Origin: Minisyncoccota bacterium | Lineage (GTDB): Bacteria > Patescibacteriota > Minisyncoccia > JAHIHE01 > JAGLIN01 | Reading direction: 5' to 3' | Assembly (NCBI GenBank): GCA_041661265.1 | Contig: JBAZUT010000002.1 | Span: 12,316-76,315 of the forward strand | Length of the DNA: 64,000 nucleotides | Shown: piece after piece, positions 41,810 to 52,155 of the stretch | Numbering within the stretch: the first letter of the stretch is position 1 | Layout of the letters: every line of letters begins with the position of its first letter | The notes under the pieces: model-generated | What the model saw: the letters and a program-made list of their open reading frames with translations, nothing else | Databases searched by the model: none | What the model was told of the DNA's origin: nothing | Translations under genes and position numbers: made by a program

Positions 41810-42685
41810 CTAGCCGGATATCCACGTCATTCGAGGCCTTCGCGCGCCCTGTTCGTTTATTTTCCCATTATCTGACCCTCCGTTTTGAGTCAAAAATATT
41901 TGTCTTCCGCCTTTTTGTTTGCCTATTCCATATCCGTAGTGCGCCGGTTCAAAGAGTTCACTCTCCAATCTTCCGGATATTGTCAGACCGATAAAGAGCC
42001 TTCCGTCGCTCCCGATATATTGAGCGATCCCACACCCCTCAGGAGCAATAATGTTCATGCCTTTTGGCCCGGCCTTATCGCCCGTCGTCATTATCGTACA
42101 GCCTGCTTCCAGAAGCAGATCTTCAAAGCTTTTTGCTTCCTCTTTGCCCGACTCGTCACCGGCTGCGTCATTGTTCAATGCAGTTTCTTTACCACTGAGA
42201 CAGATTTCTCTTCCATTCATGAATATCCGGGTCTTTTCTTTGTCCGATCCATGGATCTCATTTTCATTTGAACCGGTTTCACCTTCGTCGTTTTCGCATT
42301 CTGTGCCCTTCTTTGTCCCCTTTTCTATCTCTTCCATTTTCCTTTCAGCCTTCTCAAGACTTGGTTTTTCTTGCCTTGAAAGCAGAACCTCCAAAACAGG
42401 CCACATGATCGAATCGATCTTGGGATATCCGTCAAGCTTGATGCTCCGGTCATTGTCCTCGCATCTTCCTGTGGCAAAGAGATATATCACCTTTCCCAGT
42501 TCATGCAATCCCTCTTCGAGGCTTGTTGCTGTTTCTCTGGATCCGAGATCGATCTCTTCAGTCAAAATATCCTGCTTCTGGAATATATAGTATTTTCCCT
42601 CTTCGGCTGCTTTTCCATACATCAAGAAAAGCCTCTCAAACGACTTTAGTAGCTCCTCGTCTTTCTCTTTTCCGATCTTTATCAT
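41810..42685 (-). CDS. Array paralog P1 (N domain + M domain)
   Basis: LGKVIYLFATG...IKLDGYPKIDSIMWP; LLLEAGC...IAPEGC...YGY. Confidence 0.85.
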   Translation of the reverse strand: MIKIGKEKDEELLKSFERLFLMYGKAAEEGKYYIFQKQDILTEEIDLGSRETATSLEEGLHELGKVIYLFATGRCEDNDRSIKLDGYPKIDSIMWPVLEVLLSRQEKPSLEKAERKMEEIEKGTKKGTECENDEGETGSNENEIHGSDKEKTRIFMNGREICLSGKETALNNDAAGDESGKEEAKSFEDLLLEAGCTIMTTGDKAGPKGMNIIAPEGCGIAQYIGSDGRLFIGLTISGRLESELFEPAHYGYGIGKQKGGRQIFLTQNGGSDNGKINEQGARRPRMTWISG

Positions 42686-42845
42686 ATCTTCGCTTCCTCC
42701 TTTTTCTTTGTGAGCATGATCAATACATTGATTTCAAGGTGCTTTCCTTTGAAGTCCCTCTCTGCCGTGCTGTTTATCTTAAACAGTATGGCGGAAAGAG
42801 AGGCAATGCCGGCTATTGTCGTTCAATAAGCGGGATTGCCGATGT
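42686..42845. repeat. Structured intergenic element, copy A
   Basis: + strand: TTCCTCC (RBS) ... TTTCAAGGTGCTTTCC ... CCCTCTCTGCCGTGCTGTTT-ATCTT-AAACAGTATGGCGGAAAGAGAGG; GGCAAT-27nt-ATTGCC. Confidence 0.9.
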
Positions 42846-43835
42846 TTAACTGATTACTAAGAACCAGCATTTTGACTTATCGCACACAGATACTATTCGT
42901 TTATCTTTTAGCTTTTCTTTCAGTTCACCTATGCCCTCTCCGCAAATATGTGATCCTTCCGGTGAGTACACCGTTTCTTTGTCATATTCATCTATAAACC
43001 CATTTTTCATAAGCGTTTCGCCACTTGAACAAAGCATATTCACAAGAGATGCTTCTGCATAATATTTCCAGCTGCAATGCTCGGAATCTATAGTTGCCAA
43101 TCCTTTGTTCAACCAAACAGACACCTCATCCAGATATTTTCCGGCATCTCTTCCGGCTATTTTTTTTCCTGTTTCAATATTAGACAAGATAACCGCATGG
43201 CCATAAACTACTTGGACCACTTTATATCCGAATTCTTTTAATGGAAATCGGGCATATGGCTTATCAGGGCTTCCTATGTGTATCTCGTCCCCGCCCTCCT
43301 TCGCCTTTGAGAATATATTTGTTCCTTCCGGAGCAAGAACGATCATGGATCCCGCTTCTATTCTCTTATTGGCGTCCTCTTCTCCTTCTTCCACTATATG
43401 CACAGTGCAGCCTTCGTCCAGCAGCAAGTCCTTCAAACTTTTTGCCTGTTTTATATTCTTGTCTGCGCCATCATGGACTTCTGTTATGCTCTTCTCAATT
43501 TCTTCAATGCTCGGAGCGTTTCCCTTCGAAAGCATTATCTGAAGTATCGGCCACATCATCGAATCGATCTTGGGATATCCGTCAAGCTTGATGCTCGGGT
43601 CGTTGTATTCCCAGATGCCGGTTGCGGCATAATAGATCACTCTTGCGAGTTCTCTCAGGCCTTCTTCCTCGCTTGATAGCGTTTCTCTTCCTTCAAGAGA
43701 TATGCCTTCCGCCACGATATCTTGGGGCAGGATCTTGTAATAGTTGCCTGCCTTGGCTCCTTTTTTGTACAGTTCAAGAAGCTCCCTCAGCGCTGCAAAA
43801 TAACCCTTATCTGTCTTTTCTTCGATCTTTATCAT
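42846..43835 (-). CDS. Array paralog P2 (N + M + C)
   Basis: Shared N domain; C domain GFID...LKDKRIVSVCD...WFL. Confidence 0.85.
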   Translation of the reverse strand: MIKIEEKTDKGYFAALRELLELYKKGAKAGNYYKILPQDIVAEGISLEGRETLSSEEEGLRELARVIYYAATGIWEYNDPSIKLDGYPKIDSMMWPILQIMLSKGNAPSIEEIEKSITEVHDGADKNIKQAKSLKDLLLDEGCTVHIVEEGEEDANKRIEAGSMIVLAPEGTNIFSKAKEGGDEIHIGSPDKPYARFPLKEFGYKVVQVVYGHAVILSNIETGKKIAGRDAGKYLDEVSVWLNKGLATIDSEHCSWKYYAEASLVNMLCSSGETLMKNGFIDEYDKETVYSPEGSHICGEGIGELKEKLKDKRIVSVCDKSKCWFLVIS

Positions 43836-44003
43836 ATCTTCGCTTCCTCCTTTTTCCTTGTAAGCATGATCAATACATTGATTTCAAGGTGCTTTCCTTT
43901 GAAGTCCCTCTCTGCCATGCTGTTTATCTTAAACAGTATGGCGGAAAGAGAGGCAATCGGTCATCGTTTTTTTTCGATGGAATAATTGCCAAACATTTTA
44001 TTC
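43836..44003. repeat. Structured intergenic element, copy B
   Basis: Same layout; core CGGTCATCGTTTTTTTTCGATGGAATA. Confidence 0.9.
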
Positions 44004-44861
44004 TTATTCGTAAACTTCTTTCAGGTACCACCTATTGGCGACTTTATCTTCTATAGATTCAATATCTCTATTGATGTTCTCCAACATAAATTTAAGCCTC
44101 TCTAATCCATGATTTTCTTTCGCTTTCTTATAGTTGAATTCTATTTTATCCAAACTCACTTTATGGATAAATCCCGCCTCGTCGCTTCCATGGTATATTG
44201 GAGTATTCATGTTAATCAGACATGTCGTCGGATCGAACAACCAGGTCCACTCACGAGAAAATATATAAGGCTCGCTTCCTTTTCGCGGCATTTTACTATT
44301 TCGATATTCGGTATTTATCCATTCAATTATTTCATTTATAAACCTTGCTCCATTTCTTATTTTTCTCCTTTCTTTTATTATTTCCGTCTCTACCTTTTCA
44401 ATTGTCGGCTTTTCTTCATTTGAAAGTAAGATTTTTAGCATTGGCCAGGAAATTGATTTTATCGGGATATAGCCATCTAGTTTAATACTGGGACAATTAT
44501 GTTCCCAATATCCGGTAATTTCAAAATATATCAGCTTTCCTAAGTTTTTTAATCCCTCCTCCACACTCTCTGCCCTATTTCTGCGCCGATAATTCGCAAT
44601 GGTCGAAATGAAATCTTCCGGTTTTCTTCTAAAATTGCTATGAAAAGGATCATCCGGCGAAAAAAGATACGCGGATTCCGGATCCCAATCGGCGCCATCA
44701 TATTTAGTTTTTTCTGCAAGATTAATCTTTTTCGTAAAAATATCTTCCCGCAAAAACAAAGGATATATCCCTTTTTCAGTTCCTTCACTAAACACTCTAA
44801 ATAGACTCTTCAATGCGACATGAATTCGCTCGTCATCTTTGTTTTCAATTTTCTTCACCAC
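44004..44861 (-). CDS. Array paralog P3 (N with insertion + C), lower GC
   Basis: LGKLIYFEITGYWEHNCPSIKLDGY; GFI...WYL. Confidence 0.85.
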   Translation of the reverse strand: MVKKIENKDDERIHVALKSLFRVFSEGTEKGIYPLFLREDIFTKKINLAEKTKYDGADWDPESAYLFSPDDPFHSNFRRKPEDFISTIANYRRRNRAESVEEGLKNLGKLIYFEITGYWEHNCPSIKLDGYIPIKSISWPMLKILLSNEEKPTIEKVETEIIKERRKIRNGARFINEIIEWINTEYRNSKMPRKGSEPYIFSREWTWLFDPTTCLINMNTPIYHGSDEAGFIHKVSLDKIEFNYKKAKENHGLERLKFMLENINRDIESIEDKVANRWYLKEVYE

Positions 44862-45016
44862 TGACTCCTCCTTCTTTTCAGATAAATATTCGCTATTTTG
44901 ATTTTAAGGTACTTTCCTATGAGTCCCTCGCTGTCATACTGTTCAGTCAAACAGTATGACGGAAAGAGAGGCAATTCCGTAAGTCTACTTTGCAACAAAC
45001 GGAATTGCCGATTTTT
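44862..45016. repeat. Structured intergenic element, copy C (divergent)
   Basis: CTGTCATACTGTT...AACAGTATGACGG; GGCAATTCCGT...ACGGAATTGCC. Confidence 0.88.
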
Positions 45017-45823
45017 TTAGCACACTTTCAGATACCAAGACCCTGTATTATCCGTTATGGATATGGCCTTTTTGCCACTTAATTCGCTCTTCAGCTTTTC
45101 AAGGCCCATGATAAAACTTTTTGTATCGGTATATATCCAGAACCTGTTCCAGTCTTTCCCTATCTCCGCCACATCGCTTATGTCTATGAGTCCGTGCATT
45201 TGAAGAAAACCGATTCCGACTGAATTCCCCGGAAGCATCTTGAAAAGAGTATGATCTTCTTCCATGGACATCCAAACATATTTGCCCGACCCGAGTGACA
45301 CCGATTCTTCATAATGCTGCACAAGCCCTATAGCCGCCTGCAGAAGACTGTCGGCACCTGTCATGAAACAGCCTTTCTCGATCAGTAGATCCCATATGCT
45401 CTTTGTCTGCGTTCCGGTTATCTTCTCTACCGATACTTTTATGGGTGTACTTGTCACGCCATCCGCATCCTTGATCTTTTTTTCGATCTCTTTGATATCA
45501 GGCGGCTTGTCCTTCGAAAGCATCATCTCCAGAACAGGCCACATCATCGAATCGATCTTGGGATATCCGTCGAGCTTGATGCTCGGGTCATTGTATTCCC
45601 AGATGCCGGTTGCGGCATAATAGATCACTCTTGCGAGTTCTCTCAGGCCTTCTTCCTCGCTTGATAGCGTTTCTCTTCCTTCAAAAGATATGCCTTCCGC
45701 CATGATATCTTGGGGCAGGATCTTGTAATACATGCCTTCCTTGGCTCCTTTTTTGTACAGTTCAAGAAGCTCCCTCAGCGCTGCAAAATAACCCTTATCT
45801 GTCTTTTCTTCGATCTTTATCAT
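45017..45823 (-). CDS. Array paralog P4 (N + C)
   Basis: N domain nearly identical to P2/P9; C domain resembles P10. Confidence 0.85.
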   Translation of the reverse strand: MIKIEEKTDKGYFAALRELLELYKKGAKEGMYYKILPQDIMAEGISFEGRETLSSEEEGLRELARVIYYAATGIWEYNDPSIKLDGYPKIDSMMWPVLEMMLSKDKPPDIKEIEKKIKDADGVTSTPIKVSVEKITGTQTKSIWDLLIEKGCFMTGADSLLQAAIGLVQHYEESVSLGSGKYVWMSMEEDHTLFKMLPGNSVGIGFLQMHGLIDISDVAEIGKDWNRFWIYTDTKSFIMGLEKLKSELSGKKAISITDNTGSWYLKVC

Positions 45824-45997
45824 ATCTTCACTTCCTCCTTTTTCCTTGTAAGCATGATCAATACATTGATTTCAAGGTGCTTTCCTTTGAAGTCCCTCGC
45901 TGTCATGCTGTTTATCTTAAACAGCATGGCGGAAAGAGAGGCAATTCCGGCTATTGTCTTTCAATAAGCGGGATTGCCAAATATTATTTTCACTGGA
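45824..45997. repeat. Structured intergenic element, copy D
   Basis: Same layout. Confidence 0.9.
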
Positions 45998-47272
45998 TCA
46001 GATTATCCGTACAGCCGTGCGAACGCCATATTTTTCATCAGTGTTTGACATCAGATGACTCACATGCATGTACACAAGACGGCTATTTTCGTGAAATCCC
46101 AAAGAATAAACGGAATCAGGCGAGTTTTTTCCGACAATACCCAAAATATATGGAGTATGCATACCGCCGATATGGGCATCTATCAATTCATTCGTGTTTT
46201 CCAGATGGATAATAGCAAGAGTGATCTGGTCCTCTGCGGATATTCCATCTTCTCCCTGATATGCGTCTGCCAAAAGAGATCCTAAATATCTCTTTGGACT
46301 CATCCCGCACTCAAGCTGCTTTCGTCCGCCAATAGTCTGACCGCCGCCCTTTGCCGGAAGGCACGCAAGATCCTCAACCAGAAGAACATTGAATGCGGAG
46401 CCGCTTGCCAATAACTCTTTTTTGGTTTTATTGGAACCGCCTCTTTGGCGATAGCTCACATTGCCATTCATATCCGCTTCTCTTTCAGTGCTCCAGATAA
46501 GAATCGGCTTTTCTGAATCAATATATAGTTTCCGGTTCTGTTCATCGTGATTTTGTTTGGCTCCGAACAATATTTCATTTGCGTCATGCCGCAGGATCAA
46601 TCTCCCGAATATCTCGACAAGATCGTTGAATTTCATGCCAAATGGAACGATCAGCAATTTGTTGAATCCCTGATCCCACTTAAACTTGAAAAAATCCCCG
46701 TTTTCTTTTATCATATCCGCTATTTCTTCAAATTCCGGGAAAGAGTATTCCTTTCCATCTATGCCCTTTATGCCCGATTCTCCGTTTGAGAGTATTCTGA
46801 TCACTCCCGTCTTTCGGAATATTTCCTTTTGGTTCTCATATTGCCGTTTCAGCTCTTCATAGCCGAACTCCGTAGTCTTTACAGACGTTTCTTCAGTTAT
46901 TCTCTTTTGCGTCAGCTCATTTAATATTTTTTCCGCTGCTTTAAGATTTGGAGATTCTCTCCTTGAAAGCAACAGTTCGAGTATCGGCCACATGATCGAA
47001 TCGATCTTGGGATATCCGTCAAGCTTGATGCTCCGGTCATTGTCCTCGCATCTTCCTGTGGCAAAGAGATATATCACCTTTCCCAGTTCATGCAATCCCT
47101 CTTCGAGGCTTGTTGCTGTTTCTCTGGATCCGAGATCGATCTCTTCAGTCAAAATATCCTGCTTCTGGAATATATAGTATTTTCCCTCTTCGGCTGCTTT
47201 TCCATACATCAAGAAAAGCCTCTCAAACGACTTTAGTAGCTCCTCGTCTTTCTCTTTTCCGATCTTTATCAT
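45998..47272 (-). CDS. Array paralog P5 (N + unrelated ~300-aa domain, possibly CLec/FGE-like fold)
   Basis: N identical to P1, then GIKGIDGKEY...QGFNKLLIVPFG...GVRTAVR. Confidence 0.85.
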   Translation of the reverse strand: MIKIGKEKDEELLKSFERLFLMYGKAAEEGKYYIFQKQDILTEEIDLGSRETATSLEEGLHELGKVIYLFATGRCEDNDRSIKLDGYPKIDSIMWPILELLLSRRESPNLKAAEKILNELTQKRITEETSVKTTEFGYEELKRQYENQKEIFRKTGVIRILSNGESGIKGIDGKEYSFPEFEEIADMIKENGDFFKFKWDQGFNKLLIVPFGMKFNDLVEIFGRLILRHDANEILFGAKQNHDEQNRKLYIDSEKPILIWSTEREADMNGNVSYRQRGGSNKTKKELLASGSAFNVLLVEDLACLPAKGGGQTIGGRKQLECGMSPKRYLGSLLADAYQGEDGISAEDQITLAIIHLENTNELIDAHIGGMHTPYILGIVGKNSPDSVYSLGFHENSRLVYMHVSHLMSNTDEKYGVRTAVRII

Positions 47273-47436
47273 ATCTTCGCTTCCTCCTTTTTCTTTGTGA
47301 GCATGATCAATACATTGATTTCAAGGTGCTTTCCTTTGAAGTCCCTCTCTGCCGTGCTGTTTATCTTAAACAGTATGGCGGAAAGAGAGGCAATGCCGGC
47401 TGCATTATTTGCAGAACAAATTGCCTGATATGTAAT
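47273..47436. repeat. Structured intergenic element, copy E
   Basis: Identical to copy A up to GGCAATGCCGGCT. Confidence 0.9.
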
Positions 47437-48819
47437 TTACAGCACTCTTAGGAACCAGCCATTTTTTGATCCGTCATATACGGATTCTACGCGCCTGCCT
47501 TTCAGCTTTTCCCTTAATTCTCCTATTTTCTTTCCGGAAAAAGCGCTGACGCTCCATGTGAATAGCTCCGTCCATGGGACATGCACCCTGCTCTTCTTGT
47601 CCACCAATCCGGCCTCTTTGAACGGGTTGATATTCTTGACATCAAGATAAACCAAACCTTTTTTAGGATGATATTTCCAATGCAGCTGTTTAATATCTTC
47701 TGTCCAGATTATAATCTCCAGATCATCCAGAAATTTTCCAGCCTCTGTTCCTATCTGCATGTCGCGAGGCGCAATTCGTTTCAGATAGCATTTCTTCGAG
47801 CTTCCTGATCCGTTTGCACTATATCCATATTTTTTCGGCTCATATAGCTCTTCTCCGATCAGCTCTCCATATTTTTCCAGCGCTATCAATTGCCTGCCAT
47901 CACTGCCGACGTAATGAGCTATTCTGCATGCATTCGGTGCAATAACGATCAGATCGTCACCGTCCATTTCGATCTCACATCCCTCGCCAATAAGAAGATC
48001 TTCCAGCGATACTGCTTTTTTTTCTTCGACCTGTTTTTCGGTTACATCATTGGAATTGCCTGAATCTTTCTCGGCCTCGATTATCTTTGTCTCAATGTCC
48101 GGTTCAATTTTCCGCAAACGGATTTCATTTCCGCTTTCTCCGCTTATCTTATATCCATGCTGCATTAATGGATAGATGGCATATGTTTCATTGTCTGGTC
48201 TTGTAAATAAGATCTCATGCCCCGCATCTTTATACTGTCCGGACACTTTATTACCCACGGGTGGAACAACGATAACATCTGCCGCCCTTATATCCCGATG
48301 CGGATCTTCCTCTCCCGCTTTAACATTCGATAAAGTACAACCCTCTTGTAACAACAGGCATATAAGCCTTTCCGATTGTTCTTTGCCGGTTTCCTTAACA
48401 TTCAACGTCTCTGTGTCCTTCTTCTGTTCATCTTTGGTTTTGTTTTGACCGCCTTCTATTTGCCTGATCTCTGTCTCAACCATCTCAATACTTGGCATCG
48501 CTCCGCCTCTGGAAAGCATAATTTCGAGCACCGGCCAGAAGAACACTTTGATCGGCGGATATCCATCAAGCTTGATGCTCGGGTCGTTGTATTCCCAATT
48601 TCCGGTCATGGCATAATAGATAGCCTTTCCAAGTTCTCTCAGGCCTTCTTCCTCGCTTGATAGCGTTTCTCTTCCTTCAAGAGATATGCTTTCTGCCACG
48701 ATATCTTGGGGCAGGATCCTGTAATAGTTGCCTTCCTTGGCTCCTTTTTTGTACAGTTCAAGAAGCTCCCTCAGCGCTGCAAAATAACCCTTATCTGTCT
48801 TTTCATCGATCTTTATCAT
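47437..48819 (-). CDS. Array paralog P6 (N + M + M + C)
   Basis: Two LLxxGC...P...GY repeats. Confidence 0.85.
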   Translation of the reverse strand: MIKIDEKTDKGYFAALRELLELYKKGAKEGNYYRILPQDIVAESISLEGRETLSSEEEGLRELGKAIYYAMTGNWEYNDPSIKLDGYPPIKVFFWPVLEIMLSRGGAMPSIEMVETEIRQIEGGQNKTKDEQKKDTETLNVKETGKEQSERLICLLLQEGCTLSNVKAGEEDPHRDIRAADVIVVPPVGNKVSGQYKDAGHEILFTRPDNETYAIYPLMQHGYKISGESGNEIRLRKIEPDIETKIIEAEKDSGNSNDVTEKQVEEKKAVSLEDLLIGEGCEIEMDGDDLIVIAPNACRIAHYVGSDGRQLIALEKYGELIGEELYEPKKYGYSANGSGSSKKCYLKRIAPRDMQIGTEAGKFLDDLEIIIWTEDIKQLHWKYHPKKGLVYLDVKNINPFKEAGLVDKKSRVHVPWTELFTWSVSAFSGKKIGELREKLKGRRVESVYDGSKNGWFLRVL

Positions 48820-48983
48820 ATCTTCACTTCCTCCTTTTTCTTTGTGAGCATGATCAATACATTGATTTCAAGGTGCTTTCCTTTGAAGCCCCTCTCTGCC
48901 ATGCTGTTTATCTTAAACAGTATGGCGGAAAGAGAGGCAATTCCGGCTATTGTCTTTCAATAAGCGGGATTGCCAAAATGTTT
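48820..48983. repeat. Structured intergenic element, copy F
   Basis: Variable hairpin identical to copy D. Confidence 0.9.
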
Positions 48984-49823
48984 TTATTCGCAAATCCTTA
49001 AATACCAGTTTTCCTCATTTTCATCATATACCGACACTATGCGCCTGCCATTCAATATTTTTTTCAAATCGTATATGTCACAGGATTTATCGGCGTTCGC
49101 CGGAAATGATATTTTTTCCGTCACATCGATAAACCCGCCATCCCTGAAAATATTCGCATCTCCTCTTGCATGCATGTCCACCAGACAACTTTTGACATCA
49201 TATGACCATTTCCAGTCAACTTCGTCCTTGAATCCTGTACGCTCTCGCATCCATGCAAAAACCTTGTCAAGAAATTCCCCGGCATCTCTTGTTTCTATAC
49301 TTGCATAGTGAAAGCACACAGGATATATCATCTTTCTGGCTTCCATCACCGTTTCTTCAAAAACACTTTCATCCAAACCGCCGAACATCAGGACAAGCTC
49401 TTTCAACAGCTGTTCTTTGTTCTTTTTTCCGCCTTCTGCCGTCTTTTCGCCCCTACCTTTTTTTTCCCCGGCCTCTTTTATTTTCTCTTCTATTCTGTCG
49501 ATGTCCGGAGCCTCTTGCCTGGACAGCATCATTTCCAGAACAGGCCACATCATCGAATCGATCTTGGGATATCCGTCGAGCTTGATGCTCCGGTCGTTGT
49601 CTTCGCAAATTCCGGTGACTGCGCGATAGGCGATCTTTCCCAATTCATGCAATCCGTCTTCAATGCTTGCTGCAGTTTGCCTGGATCCGGGATCGATCCT
49701 CTTCGCCACAAAATCTTCCGGTAAGAATTTATAATATTTCCCGTCTTTGGCTCCGTTTTTATACAACTCAAACAAATTCTTGAGCGATCTGAATATTTCA
49801 TCATCCGTCTTCTTTTCGGTCAT
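48984..49823 (-). CDS. Array paralog P7 (N + C); the only member without the element
   Basis: 18-nt gap to P8 containing only an RBS. Confidence 0.85.
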   Translation of the reverse strand: MTEKKTDDEIFRSLKNLFELYKNGAKDGKYYKFLPEDFVAKRIDPGSRQTAASIEDGLHELGKIAYRAVTGICEDNDRSIKLDGYPKIDSMMWPVLEMMLSRQEAPDIDRIEEKIKEAGEKKGRGEKTAEGGKKNKEQLLKELVLMFGGLDESVFEETVMEARKMIYPVCFHYASIETRDAGEFLDKVFAWMRERTGFKDEVDWKWSYDVKSCLVDMHARGDANIFRDGGFIDVTEKISFPANADKSCDIYDLKKILNGRRIVSVYDENEENWYLRICE

Positions 49824-49841
49824 TATCCTGCCTCCTCAAAT

Positions 49842-50921
49842 TCATTCCTCGCATACTCGCAAATACCAATTGCCCCTTCTGTCCAGCACGGACAGAACTT
49901 TTTTTCCTTTCAGCTCCTCTTTTAACCCGTTCATACCATAGGCGAAGCCTTCTATCGAATAGTATGCCCTGCCTGTTACCGTCGTGATATTCTTGAATTC
50001 AACCGCTTCTTTTTCATCTATGAAACCGCCATTTTCGAATAATGCAACGCCTGCATGATCATTCGGTATCATTTTTATGAGATTCTTTTCTCTGTTGGAA
50101 GCCCATAATATCATGCCCGTCACATTATCAAATTTCAGTTCTCTCGCATATGCCTTCGCAAAATTTATCACTTCATCGATGAATTTTTCCGCATCTCTTT
50201 GGGCTGATCGGTCATGTCCGGCCTCAATCCTTCTCAGATGGACTTCGTTTCCGTGATATTTGTTTCTTATTTTGTAGCCGAATTCTTTTAACAGGTATTC
50301 ATAAAATATCCTATCCGGCCTTTCTATGCGGATCCTTACTCCATCATCTTTGCATAAAGCAAGTATTTTGCATCCTTCCGGCGCGATCACGATCAAGTCG
50401 CCCGCCTTGATGTCCTTGCTTGGATTCTTGCTTTCTTGCCTTAATGTCAGCACGGTACAGCCTATGTTGATCAATATACCCTTCAGGTCTTTTGTTTGCG
50501 CTATATTCGACCACTTTCCGGATATCTCAGCTTCGGATCCCCTTGCCCCCGTGTCAGCTTGAGCCGACCCGAATATTTCTTCGATCCTTCCGATGCTTGG
50601 CGCTTCTGCCTTTGAAAGCAGAACCTCAAGCGCGGGCCAAAAGAATATCTTGATAGGCGGATAGCCGTCTATCTTGATGCTTGGATCGTTGTGCTCCCAG
50701 GTACCGGTCGCATAAAAATAGATCGCTTTCCCAAGCTCTCTAAGCCCCTCTTCGGCGCTTGCTGCGGTTTTTCTGGATGCGAAAGAAATATTCTCTGCCA
50801 GAACATCATCCTGCAGAAATAAGTAATATCTTCCCTCCCCAGCTTCTCTCGCATACAGTTCAAAAAGTTTCTTGAACGATTTGAACAGTTCTTCGTCCGT
50901 TTTCTTTCCGATCTTCATCAT
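49842..50921 (-). CDS. Array paralog P8 (N + M + C)
   Basis: LGKAIYFYATG...IKIDGYPPI; GGFID; WYLRVC. Confidence 0.85.
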   Translation of the reverse strand: MMKIGKKTDEELFKSFKKLFELYAREAGEGRYYLFLQDDVLAENISFASRKTAASAEEGLRELGKAIYFYATGTWEHNDPSIKIDGYPPIKIFFWPALEVLLSKAEAPSIGRIEEIFGSAQADTGARGSEAEISGKWSNIAQTKDLKGILINIGCTVLTLRQESKNPSKDIKAGDLIVIAPEGCKILALCKDDGVRIRIERPDRIFYEYLLKEFGYKIRNKYHGNEVHLRRIEAGHDRSAQRDAEKFIDEVINFAKAYARELKFDNVTGMILWASNREKNLIKMIPNDHAGVALFENGGFIDEKEAVEFKNITTVTGRAYYSIEGFAYGMNGLKEELKGKKVLSVLDRRGNWYLRVCEE

Positions 50922-51081
50922 CTCTGTTTCCTCCTTCTTCTTCCATGAACAAAACTGATACTTTTGATTTCAAGGTGCTTTCCAAAAAGTCCCTCGCTGT
51001 CATGCTGTTTGGTTGAACAGTATGACGGAAAGAGAGGCAATACCGCTTGTTTTTTTCACAAAAGGGATTGCCGATATTTAT
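50922..51081. repeat. Structured intergenic element, copy G
   Basis: CTGTCATGCTGTTT-GGTT-GAACAGTATGACGG. Confidence 0.88.
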
Positions 51082-52155
51082 TCAGCAAACTTTCAAAAAC
51101 CATCCATTATTCGATCCATCATATACAGATAATATGCGCTTGCCCCAAAGCTTTTCTTCCAATTCGCTGACGCTTTTTCCCGTATCTGAAAATAAGCCCC
51201 AGGAAACTATATTCAGCAAAGAAACTTTCACTCTTTCTTTTTTGTCAATGAATCCGGCTTCTGTCAGCCCCTTGGTGTCCTTAAACTCGATATATACCAA
51301 AGCTTTTTTGGCATTATATGTCCAATACAGGTCTCCTTTGAATCCCCGTTGCCCCCACAGAAATAATTCCAGATCATGCAGGAACTCTTTTGCGTCCCAA
51401 GTTTGAAGTTTGTGCAAACGGATCTCCTTTTCGTTGATCTCTTCTGATATTTCGTACTCGTCTCCTCCAACATAATATTCAACATTTGTCCCATTTGATC
51501 TAAAGATAATTATTCCAATCCCATGGATCGAAACCAATTTGAATATTTTTCCTCCGCTAGGAGCCAGCACGCTCAGGTCTTCCTCCGCATTGCTTCTTCT
51601 CGGATGATCTTTTCCTTTTATAGCATTTATCCGGCACCCTTCATTGGTCAAAAAATATGTCAAGGCATTATTCGGCACTTTTCTGGTTTTATTTTCAAGC
51701 ACCGGCTCGACTATTTTTTCCTCTTTGCCCGTTTCTCCGTCTATAACCTTCTCTGTTTCAACGGGAGCTATTTCGTCTTCTTTTGCGCCCTTTTCAATTT
51801 CTTTTATCTTTGCCTCGATATCATCAACGCCCTGTATTTTTGTTTTCGAAAAAATGATCTCCAGAACAGGCCACATCATCGAATCGATCTTGGGATATCC
51901 GTCGAGCTTGATGCTCCGGTCGTTGTATTCCCAGATGCCGGTTGCGGCATAATAGATCACTCTTGCGAGTTCTCTCAGGCCTTCTTCCTCGCTTGATAGC
52001 GTTTCTCTTCCTTCAAGAGATATGCCTTCCGCCACGATATCTTGGGGCAGGATCTTGTAATAGTTGCCTGCCTTGGCTCCTTTTTTGTACAGTTCAAGAA
52101 GCTCCCTCAGCGCTGCAAAATAACCCTTATCTGTCTTTTCTTCGATCTTTATCAT
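51082..52155 (-). CDS. Array paralog P9 (N + M + C)
   Basis: N domain nearly identical to P2. Confidence 0.85.
   Translation of the reverse strand: MIKIEEKTDKGYFAALRELLELYKKGAKAGNYYKILPQDIVAEGISLEGRETLSSEEEGLRELARVIYYAATGIWEYNDRSIKLDGYPKIDSMMWPVLEIIFSKTKIQGVDDIEAKIKEIEKGAKEDEIAPVETEKVIDGETGKEEKIVEPVLENKTRKVPNNALTYFLTNEGCRINAIKGKDHPRRSNAEEDLSVLAPSGGKIFKLVSIHGIGIIIFRSNGTNVEYYVGGDEYEISEEINEKEIRLHKLQTWDAKEFLHDLELFLWGQRGFKGDLYWTYNAKKALVYIEFKDTKGLTEAGFIDKKERVKVSLLNIVSWGLFSDTGKSVSELEEKLWGKRILSVYDGSNNGWFLKVC

Noticed and set aside
42740-42800. c-di-GMP-I riboswitch (GGGAC..CAAAG resemblance)
   Set aside because: No GNRA tetraloop/receptor layout or second stem, and the wobble bias points to the opposite strand.
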